From Bacilli bacterium (lineage in GTDB: Bacteria; Bacillota_I; Bacilli_A; RF39; UBA660): a stretch of DNA of 64,000 nt. A model generated the notes under the pieces. The model was not told the DNA's origin, made no database searches, and worked only from the letters and a program-made list of their open reading frames with translations. This document shows positions 27,973-34,746 of the stretch, one piece after another. The position numbers and the translations under genes were made by a program. The DNA lies in the NCBI GenBank assembly GCA_017441845.1, contig JAFRVB010000008.1:46143-110142 (forward strand), given 5' to 3'. The stretch's first letter is position 1. Every line of letters begins with the position of its first letter.

Positions 27973-27992
27973 AGTGTTGCACTTGCAACACT
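27973..27992. promoter_or_regulatory. Perfect 9-bp inverted repeat AGTGTTGCA-CT-TGCAACACT between nrdD and the Crp/Fnr gene
   Basis: Read directly from the sequence. It is the only strong palindrome in the 100-nt divergent intergenic region. Confidence 0.4.
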
Positions 27993-28032
27993 TTACATTA
28001 TTTGATAAAATTTTTTTGAAGGGGTGATATTA

Positions 28033-28674
28033 ATGCCAAATGCTTTTCATAATATATCAACAAATAATAAGAAAAAACTACTTTCTTTATTAGAATCAAA
28101 AGTAGAATACTTTACAAAAAACGAGTCAATTTTAAATAATTATACAAATGAAAATATTGTAGGTATCATTGAAGAAGGTTTAATTCAAGTTGTTAAAATA
28201 TCTAATAATGGTAATACTAATATCATCCAAGAATTATCTACTAATGAAGTATTTACTACTGATGTTAATACATTCTTTAGTAATACGGATATTATAGCTT
28301 TAGAAGATTCTAAAATAATAATTATAGATTATGATTACATAATAGAAAATCTAGATAATAATAAAGATTATTTTAATCAATTTATTAAAAACTTATTTGT
28401 AATAATGAATGAAAAAATATTAGAAAAGAATGAAAGAATTCAAATCTTAACTAAAAAAACTATTCGTAATAAATTCTTAGAATATTTAAATTTACAAAGT
28501 AGAAGTAAAGGATCTAGAAATATCTATCTACCCTATAGTTATAAAGATCTAGCTGATTATTTAGCTGTAGATAGAAGCGCTTTAGCTAGAGAAATATCAT
28601 CTTTAAGACAAGAAGGTTTTATTGAAACTAAAGGTAGAAAGATTACTATATTATTTGATAATAAACAAAAATAG
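28033..28674 (+). CDS. Crp/Fnr-family transcriptional regulator
   Basis: N-terminal cNMP-binding-like fold region and C-terminal HTH (SYKDLADYLAVDRSALAREISSLRQEGFI). The start is moved to ATG 28033, 9 nt after GAAGGGG. No Fnr-type N-terminal Cys cluster. Confidence 0.8.
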   Translation: MPNAFHNISTNNKKKLLSLLESKVEYFTKNESILNNYTNENIVGIIEEGLIQVVKISNNGNTNIIQELSTNEVFTTDVNTFFSNTDIIALEDSKIIIIDYDYIIENLDNNKDYFNQFIKNLFVIMNEKILEKNERIQILTKKTIRNKFLEYLNLQSRSKGSRNIYLPYSYKDLADYLAVDRSALAREISSLRQEGFIETKGRKITILFDNKQK

Positions 28675-28694
28675 ACTTTTCAGTCTATTTTTTA
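28671..28694. terminator. Bidirectional terminator between convergent genes
   Basis: atagact-tttc-agtctat, flanked by an A-run and T6. Confidence 0.6.
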
Positions 28695-29251
28695 TTATCA
28701 TCTTCTCTTTCTCTAGTTAATAGATATAACATTCCTAAAATATACGCTAGTCCTATAACCATCTTTATAATACTAAGTGATATTACGCATAGAAGTGAAG
28801 CTAATATTCCAGCATATACACCTTTCTTATCAGCTTTCTTCAAAGCGATACAAGCATATCCAAATAATATCAAACTCGCAAGATTAATACCTATATCATA
28901 ACCATTACTATTTCTAAAATTAAGTAAATATAGAGCACAAGTAGCTATCATAATAATAGTAACTTTAGAAGCATTAATACATCTAACTCTAAAATCTTCA
29001 TCATCTTTAACTTTATCTTTATTAAAGAATATTCCAAAAAGTCCAGTAGCTTTTTTCTCTAATTCATTAGTTAACTCTTCTTTATTAGCTTTATTTTCTT
29101 CAATAGAATCTTTCTTTTCATAATAATTAATCATATTTTGTTGAAAATCAGTATTCTTATCTTCTATATTTTTACCACTATCAGTATATAATCTACTTTC
29201 CCCTTCTTCCATATTAACTTTAATACTTCCAGGATCTAAATTATTATTCAT
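28685..29251 (-). CDS. Hypothetical membrane protein (188 aa, 3 C-terminal TM segments)
   Basis: ORF track. Acidic N-terminal half and hydrophobic C-terminal half. Confidence 0.45.
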   Translation of the reverse strand: MNNNLDPGSIKVNMEEGESRLYTDSGKNIEDKNTDFQQNMINYYEKKDSIEENKANKEELTNELEKKATGLFGIFFNKDKVKDDEDFRVRCINASKVTIIMIATCALYLLNFRNSNGYDIGINLASLILFGYACIALKKADKKGVYAGILASLLCVISLSIIKMVIGLAYILGMLYLLTREREDDNKK

Positions 29252-29272
29252 ATTATCACCTACTATATTATA

Positions 29273-29998
29273 TCATACTTTATATGCATGAACTACTAGT
29301 CTATATCCATCTACAATAGTACATGTAGACAGTGTTAATATCTGATTAACTTTAGATAAATCATCTCCAAAATCATGAATACTTCTATTGTTAATTCTAT
29401 TAATAAAAGTTTTAAAACTATTATCATCAAAACTAGTATTAATATAATACTCCTCTTCTTTTATTTTATATACAGAAAATATCTTATATTCAGTTGTTTT
29501 ATTCTTATCAATTAATCTAACTATTAAATTATCTTTATTAGAACACCATTTCTCATCTAATGTTTTATTTAATGTACCAAACATAATACCATCTAATCTA
29601 TTATGACCATAGATAACTATATTCTTATCAGTACCATCAAATTGATTATTATAATCCATAAATACCCATCCAGCTTCACTCTTATTTTTATAAAAATCAT
29701 GATCTAAATAGAATTTATTATCAGTAGTTTTAACTACAGGATATTCTATATTAGTGTTATTTACTAAAAGATAAGCTATAGTATCTGAATTAATATTAGA
29801 TAATTCATCAAAATCAACTTCAAATATACCTTCATCTACATTAATATTAATATTTTCATTAATCTCTTTATTTATATCTTTAGTTTTACGATTCTCATCT
29901 AACCATCCAAATATATTAAATAATGCATAAATAAATATTAATGAAAAGATTAATAATAGAAATTTTAATATGCTTTTTTTTAATTTAAATTTCTTCAT
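29273..29998 (-). CDS. srtB: Class B sortase
   Basis: IAYLLVNNTNIEYPVV..DNKFYL..GWVFMDY..KNIVIYGHNRLDGIMFGTL..ILTLSTCT. Signal anchor at the N-terminus. Confidence 0.85.
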   Translation of the reverse strand: MKKFKLKKSILKFLLLIFSLIFIYALFNIFGWLDENRKTKDINKEINENININVDEGIFEVDFDELSNINSDTIAYLLVNNTNIEYPVVKTTDNKFYLDHDFYKNKSEAGWVFMDYNNQFDGTDKNIVIYGHNRLDGIMFGTLNKTLDEKWCSNKDNLIVRLIDKNKTTEYKIFSVYKIKEEEYYINTSFDDNSFKTFINRINNRSIHDFGDDLSKVNQILTLSTCTIVDGYRLVVHAYKV

Positions 29999-30010
29999 CT
30001 TATCACCACA

Positions 30011-30037
30011 TAAAAATCAGTACCTTAGTACTGATTT
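30011..30037 (-). terminator. Terminator after the 490-aa surface protein gene
   Basis: aatcagtac-ctta-gtactgatt, followed on minus by TTTT. Confidence 0.55.
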
Positions 30038-30053
30038 AATAATAACTTTTTTA

Positions 30054-31508
30054 TTAACGATTAGCAAGTTTTTTTGATGTTACAGTTATACCAGCTAATC
30101 CAAATACCATTAATAATACAAATAATAGTATTGTATCCCCTGTACCAGGATTAGCTCCTGTAGTTGGAACTGTTTCACTATCATCTTCTCTATTTTGAGT
30201 ACTATCAGTATCTCTATAAGTTACTGCATATGTAGAGAATTCACTTGATAGAGTTGAAATTGTTCCATCTCCATTATCATCTGCTTGTAATCCTTCAGCA
30301 ACACCATTATGTACTTTAATAACTTCAAATTCTCTTACCATTCCTTCAGGCACATCTGGTAAATCAGATACATCTAAAGTAACTTCTACTTCTTCACCAG
30401 TTGAAGTTAATTGTTCTACTCTAGCATTATTATCATTAGGATTAACTAACCATGCTGTTACATCGAATGTCTTAGCTAATTGGAATCCATCAGACATAGC
30501 TTCATTTATTAATGCTAAATCTGCTTGACTAGCATCACTTAATACTGGGAATGTTTTAATTACTAATACATCTCTAGGTACAACAACAGCATTTCCTTCA
30601 TTATTAGTATATTGAGCTGAATCATTATCAACAAATGGTGCTACAGAGTTTGCACTATCACTATAAGAACCACCAATTAGTGTTAATGAAGCATTAGCAC
30701 TTGAAGCTGTATCATTTTCAATAGCACTACCATTAGTAGATTCAAATGAACCATTTTCAATTACAGTAGTTCCTAAATTATAAATAGTAACAGCTCCTTG
30801 ACCAGTAGTAGTAAATGTACCCCTACTTATTGTTGTAGTTCCTGTTGGATCTGTATAAATAGCTGCTCCGAATCCACCTGCTGATTCATTACCTTCAGAA
30901 GTAAATGTTCCTCCATTGATTTCAGCAATACCAGAGTTCATTACAGTTCCATCTCCCCAATCATCAGTACCAGTTGTTTTAAATGTTCCTCCATTAATAG
31001 TAAGTTTACCGTTAAGATTATATAAACCAGCAAAGTTATTTACAACACAATATGGTGCTGTAAAAGTTCCATCATTGAATATCATTTCTCCAGCAAACAA
31101 ACCAAACATATAATCATCAGCTGTTTGAGTAAATGTTCCTCCGTTAACAATTAATTTTGGAGATCCACTACCAGCAGTAGCGAAACCATCATAATCAGCT
31201 ACAATAACTGTTCCTTCGCCATTAATAGTTAATTGGTTAAATACAACAACTGTATAATTGCCACTATTGGCTGCTAAAGTTAATTTATGTCCATTTAAAT
31301 TTAATGTAGTATCTGCCTTAATATAGAGTGACGCAACTAAAGTAATATCTTCAGTTAATGCCAATTCTGTTCCTGTATAATTCAACACATTCCCTGATAC
31401 ATTGTTAGCCTTTAACTCATTAAAAGATGTTACAGTAACGTCTTGTGCTTTAACTACAAATGGAAAAAGCATAACAAGTAGTAAGGTAAACAATATTTTC
31501 TTTTTCAT
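30054..31508 (-). CDS. Cell-wall-anchored beta-helix-like surface protein, probable SrtB substrate
   Basis: Signal peptide ending VKA|QDV. Repeated [IV]NGGTF[TK] units. The C-terminus reads VPTTGANPGTGDT + LLFVLLMVFGLAGITV + SKKLANR. The start is moved to ATG 31508 (GGAGG 9 nt upstream). Confidence 0.75.
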   Translation of the reverse strand: MKKKILFTLLLVMLFPFVVKAQDVTVTSFNELKANNVSGNVLNYTGTELALTEDITLVASLYIKADTTLNLNGHKLTLAANSGNYTVVVFNQLTINGEGTVIVADYDGFATAGSGSPKLIVNGGTFTQTADDYMFGLFAGEMIFNDGTFTAPYCVVNNFAGLYNLNGKLTINGGTFKTTGTDDWGDGTVMNSGIAEINGGTFTSEGNESAGGFGAAIYTDPTGTTTISRGTFTTTGQGAVTIYNLGTTVIENGSFESTNGSAIENDTASSANASLTLIGGSYSDSANSVAPFVDNDSAQYTNNEGNAVVVPRDVLVIKTFPVLSDASQADLALINEAMSDGFQLAKTFDVTAWLVNPNDNNARVEQLTSTGEEVEVTLDVSDLPDVPEGMVREFEVIKVHNGVAEGLQADDNGDGTISTLSSEFSTYAVTYRDTDSTQNREDDSETVPTTGANPGTGDTILLFVLLMVFGLAGITVTSKKLANR

Positions 31509-31664
31509 AAGTATTTTCCTCCCCAATCTACTTACAATATCTTACCTATATTATAAATTGACAAAAAACAGCAGTAAATAGAATATCTATTTTTTACATT
31601 TTTTATAGGTTAAATGTAGTAAATTTACTAAATTTAACATTTTGTTTTACAGCACTATTAACAC

Positions 31665-31693
31665 TTGTTTAAAAACCTATATTTTGATATAAT
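31665..31693 (+). promoter_or_regulatory. Promoter of tRNA-Leu
   Basis: TTGTTT (31665-31670), 17 nt, then TATAAT (31688-31693), with the TG extension at 31685-31686. Confidence 0.6.
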
Positions 31694-31710
31694 ATGTAAG
31701 AGAAAGAAAT

Positions 31711-31794
31711 GCTCGCGTGGCGGAACTGGTAGACGCGCACGACTCAAAATCGTGTAACTTTGTTGTAAGGGTTCGAGTCCCTTGGCGAGCACCA
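31711..31794 (+). tRNA. tRNA-Leu (anticodon CAA), class II, CCA encoded
   Basis: Acceptor GCTCGCG/..GCGAGC-A-CCA (one 7-66 mismatch). The D arm contains GG. Anticodon stem CACGA/TCGTG with loop CTCAAAA. Long variable arm. T arm AAGGG-TTCGAGT-CCCTT. Confidence 0.9.
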
Positions 31795-31804
31795 TATTAA
31801 AATA

Positions 31805-31829
31805 AACGAACTTATAGTTCGTTTTTTTT
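31805..31829 (+). terminator. Terminator after tRNA-Leu
   Basis: aacgaact-tat-agttcgtt followed by T8. Confidence 0.8.
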
Positions 31830-31839
31830 GATAAATTAA

Positions 31840-31868
31840 TTGACGTACATAAAAATGTACGTTATAAT
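31840..31868 (+). promoter_or_regulatory. Consensus promoter of yefM-yoeB with an embedded palindromic operator
   Basis: TTGACG, 17 nt, then TATAAT. The spacer holds the perfect inverted repeat ACGTACAT-AAAA-ATGTACGT (31843-31862). Confidence 0.75.
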
Positions 31869-31887
31869 ATACCAAAGAGGTGATAAT

Positions 31888-32148
31888 ATGACTACGATTA
31901 ATATTACAAACGCAAGACAAAATCTTTTTAAATTAGTTAGTGATGTAAATTTAGGCTTTGATCCTATAACAATCGTAAATAATAAAGGCAAAAATGCTGT
32001 GTTGATTTCAGAAGACGAATGGAAAAATATAGAAGAAACACTATATTTAACTAGTATTCCGGGTTTTGTAGAAAAAATCAAACAAATAGACAAAGAAGAA
32101 AATTGGCAAGTAGCAGAGGAATATGAACCATATGGCGAATGGAAATAA
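31888..32148 (+). CDS. yefM: Type II antitoxin, Phd/YefM family
   Basis: MTTINITNARQNLFKLVSDV..AVLISEDEWKNIEETLYL matches the YefM N-terminal pattern. AGAGGTG RBS. The start is moved to 31888. Confidence 0.85.
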   Translation: MTTINITNARQNLFKLVSDVNLGFDPITIVNNKGKNAVLISEDEWKNIEETLYLTSIPGFVEKIKQIDKEENWQVAEEYEPYGEWK

Positions 32149-32413
32149 TAAGTACAAATTATTGTTCTCAAAAACGGCCATCAAAGACAAAACTAAACTT
32201 AAAAATTCTGGTCTAGAGAATAATTGTAGAAAAATACTTGATATAATGATTGACGATCCTTTTAAATACCCACCATCTTATGAAAAATTAGTAGGGGAAT
32301 TATCTGGGTTTTATTCTAAAAGAATTAATCGTCAACATAGAATTGTTTATAAAATAAATGAAAAAAAGTGTGAAATATATATCTACAGAATGTGGACTCA
32401 TTATGATGACTAA
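32132..32413 (+). CDS. yoeB: Type II toxin, YoeB/Txe family (ribosome-dependent mRNA interferase)
   Basis: KL.FS..A..D...L....L......I.....DPF..PPSYEKLVGELSGFYSKRINRQHRIVYKI....I.I.RMWTHY. It overlaps the yefM stop. ATG 32132 is preferred over 32123 on RBS spacing. Confidence 0.85.
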   Translation: MANGNNKYKLLFSKTAIKDKTKLKNSGLENNCRKILDIMIDDPFKYPPSYEKLVGELSGFYSKRINRQHRIVYKINEKKCEIYIYRMWTHYDD

Positions 32414-32438
32414 AAAAGAGGATTAATATCCTCTTTTT
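32412..32438. terminator. Bidirectional terminator between yoeB and the pilin-like gene
   Basis: aagaggat-taat-atcctctt, flanked by A6 and T4. Confidence 0.7.
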
Positions 32439-32439
32439 A

Positions 32440-34536
32440 TTACCATTGTAATTGGAATGCTTTTATATACGACCATTGGCAAGTAGTAGCCGCATGATCA
32501 TGTCCATATGCATAACGACAACCATTACCTACACCTGTTAAATAAAACCAAGCACCACTATCCTTGTCGGTCGCTGCATAGTTACCATTAATAGCCCAAC
32601 CACCATTCCAATAAAAGTATTTTCCTTCTTTTATACATGTTATATCATTTTTCTTTGGATGAGCATCTTCAAGTGGACCAGATCTTTCTACAACATTTCT
32701 ATTATTTGCGCTATTACAAGTTTTAGCATAAACTCTAAATTTACTATAATCATAAAGATAAGCCGGATTAGGAGTAATAATAGAATAGTATGTTGCACTT
32801 TGTTTTACTGAAAGATTTCCATATACACCTGTTCCCGCATTTGGATCTGTATTCCATCCTTGAACAATTAAAAGACTACTATAAGAACTTCCACAACCAC
32901 TAACAGCTGTAGCTGGTAAATTAGATATTCCTGGAGCTGACACAGTACAAGCTTCATTATCAAAAGCTGAACAAGATAAAGTTCTATTAGCGCCATTAAA
33001 GTAAGCATGATATCCTTGATATACAAAATTAATATTATATGTATTATATACTTTCCAATTAGCATATAGAGTTATATTACAGTCCTCATATTCTTTATTA
33101 CAGAAGGCCTTATAATTATATTGTTGAGTCTGATTATAACTAGTTCCAGTTCCATTTGCTTTTGTATTCCATTCATATCCTGTTTTTATTGAATATCCCG
33201 TCTTATACATATTTAATGCTGAAGGATTATTCCAATTTAATAGTCCTTCACTTGTTAATGATTCCCATTCTTTCATAACATAAACCACAGGATTTCCATT
33301 ATATAAAATATTATCATTACTATCTATAGTGTAATTACTTGTAGTAGTTGTTGTTGTACTACCACCTGAACTACCGCCTGTATTTTTACACATACTTGGG
33401 TCACGTTTGCATATTCTTATACATCGTGAACTTGATGGTTTTTTAGAACATAATGCTTTAAAATATGTTCTACATGATGAACTTGTTGAATAATTACCAC
33501 ATTTACTATTCCAATATGATTCACATTGTGAAGATAATGGATTATTTTCACATAATTGTTTAAGATATGATTCACAGCCAGCAGTCGTTGGGTTTCTTTT
33601 ACATCTTTTTTCTCTCATACATTCAGAACTATTTGGTCTTTTATCACATACTGAACTTGTAGATGTTCCAACACTACTTCCGCCACTTCCACTACTTGTT
33701 GCTTTAATTTTTCCACCATTAGCTTTAAGTTTTATTGTTACTTTTCCTACAAAGTATTTTATTGTTAATTCCTTATTTACCACTGTTTTATTATTATTAA
33801 TATCTTCTACAGTTCCAGTTACAACTAATTTATAAATAGTAGTTTCATTTATTGCACTCATATTAGGTACATTAGGAATAGTTCTTTCGATTGAAGGATC
33901 ATAGTTTTTATTTTTAAAGTAAAGCGTTGATGCTCCAACCGATTCTCCTTCTTTAAACCATTCATATTTTAACTTTTGATCTGCTTTTAATCCTACACCT
34001 GCATCTGATATAGCCATTCTAATTTTAGGATCTTGTCCTTTCTTATAAGCAGGATTATCTTTATAAGGACTAGTATCTTTTAAGATAGCATCTGGTCCTT
34101 GTCCATCTTCAATTTTACACATATCTTCGAAATCAACAGGCTTTGATTCACCATATATTATTTTACTATTTTTTCTACAAGCAATATGAGGTTCATAATG
34201 ATAATTAAGATTTTTACTTCTTCGTACAATTATATATGTATCTTCACTTCCACAATTAACTTTTTTGATTTGAATATCTTCAATAAAATCTTTTTCTTCT
34301 AAATCAGCATATCTGATAATTGCACAACCAGTATTATTTATACCAAACAAATCTTCATTATAACTATCTGTATATGCTTTTCCAGCACTAGTTAATGCCT
34401 TTTCATAAGCAACAAATTTAGCATCTCTATTATTATCTTGAATATATCTAATAGAAGGAATTGCTATTATTGTAATAACTCCAAGTATCGCAATAGCAAC
34501 TACTAATTCTATTAATGTAAAACCTTTATTTTTCAT
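32440..34536 (-). CDS. Very large protein with a type IV prepilin N-terminus (cleavage/methylation motif), Cys-ladder repeats and Listeria-Bacteroides repeats
   Basis: MKNKG|FTLIELVVAIAILGVITIIAIPS is a canonical class III signal (G-1, F+1, E+5). The start is set to ATG 34536, 7 nt after AGGTGG. Mid-protein Cys-rich repeats are flanked by G/S/T linkers. C-terminal region has GYEWNTKANGTGTSY..ITLYANW and VQGWNTDPNAGTG. Confidence 0.75.
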   Translation of the reverse strand: MKNKGFTLIELVVAIAILGVITIIAIPSIRYIQDNNRDAKFVAYEKALTSAGKAYTDSYNEDLFGINNTGCAIIRYADLEEKDFIEDIQIKKVNCGSEDTYIIVRRSKNLNYHYEPHIACRKNSKIIYGESKPVDFEDMCKIEDGQGPDAILKDTSPYKDNPAYKKGQDPKIRMAISDAGVGLKADQKLKYEWFKEGESVGASTLYFKNKNYDPSIERTIPNVPNMSAINETTIYKLVVTGTVEDINNNKTVVNKELTIKYFVGKVTIKLKANGGKIKATSSGSGGSSVGTSTSSVCDKRPNSSECMREKRCKRNPTTAGCESYLKQLCENNPLSSQCESYWNSKCGNYSTSSSCRTYFKALCSKKPSSSRCIRICKRDPSMCKNTGGSSGGSTTTTTTSNYTIDSNDNILYNGNPVVYVMKEWESLTSEGLLNWNNPSALNMYKTGYSIKTGYEWNTKANGTGTSYNQTQQYNYKAFCNKEYEDCNITLYANWKVYNTYNINFVYQGYHAYFNGANRTLSCSAFDNEACTVSAPGISNLPATAVSGCGSSYSSLLIVQGWNTDPNAGTGVYGNLSVKQSATYYSIITPNPAYLYDYSKFRVYAKTCNSANNRNVVERSGPLEDAHPKKNDITCIKEGKYFYWNGGWAINGNYAATDKDSGAWFYLTGVGNGCRYAYGHDHAATTCQWSYIKAFQLQW
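33340..33720 (-). repeat. In-frame cysteine-ladder repeat (alternating C-x8-C / C-x7-C, 4-5 units of 17-18 aa)
   Basis: CDKRPNSSEC-MREKR-CKRNPTTAGC-ESYLKQL-CENNPLSSQC-ESYWNSK-CGNYSTSSSC-RTYFKAL-CSKKPSSSRC-IRI-CKRDPSMC, bracketed by SSGSGGSSVGTSTSS and GGSSGGSTTTTTTS. Confidence 0.7.
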
Positions 34537-34583
34537 AAACATCCACCTATTATAATTATATTATAAATAATAAAAAAGAACAT

Positions 34584-34608
34584 GAAAAAAAAGAACTATA
34601 TAGTTCTT
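34584..34608 (-). terminator. Terminator after the tRNA-like gene
   Basis: aagaact-atat-agttctt, with an A-run at 34584-34592 on plus giving T8 on minus. Confidence 0.7.
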
Positions 34609-34624
34609 TTTACGTAAACAAAAA

Positions 34625-34700
34625 TGGTGCCGAAGAGATGGACTCACACCACTAACCTGCTACAAACAATGTAGCTGCTCTAAAATTGAGCTACTCCGGC
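34625..34700 (-). tRNA. Non-canonical tRNA-Thr(UGU)-like gene (or pseudogene), CCA encoded
   Basis: Minus-strand read: GCCGGAG-TA-GCTC-AATTTTA-GAGC-A-GCTAC-ATTGTTT-GTAGC-AGGTT-AGTGG-TGTGAGT-CCATC-T-CTTCGGC-A-CCA. The acceptor, D and anticodon stems are intact. The D loop lacks GG, the T loop is TGTGAGT instead of TTCRANT, position 37 is U, and there is one extra nt before the 3' acceptor strand. Confidence 0.55.
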
Positions 34701-34712
34701 ATCTGTAAGTAA

Positions 34713-34721
34713 ATTATACCA
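34713..34721 (-). promoter_or_regulatory. Extended -10 promoter (TGgTATAAT) immediately upstream of the tRNA-like gene
   Basis: The reverse complement of attatacca (34713-34721) is tggtataat. The predicted TSS lies a few nt before the tRNA 5' end. Confidence 0.45.
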
Positions 34722-34746
34722 AATTAAATCAAAAAAATCTATATAA

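Noticed and set aside
27973-27992. NrdR box upstream of nrdD
   Set aside because: The palindrome AGTGTTGCA-CT-TGCAACACT does not fit the ACACwAtATaTwGTGT consensus as I remember it, and only one copy is present (NrdR boxes usually come in pairs).
31836-32171. Minus-strand 111-aa ORF opposite yefM
   Set aside because: It is antisense to a well-supported antitoxin gene and its consensus promoter. Its hydrophobic, low-complexity translation is typical of AT-rich antisense frames.
32868-33065. Minus-strand 65-aa ORF nested in the prepilin gene
   Set aside because: It is an alternative frame of the same strand inside a continuous 700-codon ORF, with an I/L/V-only type composition.
34625-34700. 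Reading the odd tRNA as tRNA-Pyl or tRNA-Sec (both also deviate from the canonical D/T-loop pattern)
   Set aside because: With the only 5-bp anticodon stem available the anticodon is UGU, not CUA or UCA. There is no long variable arm and no 8/9-bp acceptor stem. Overall similarity is to tRNA-Thr(UGU).
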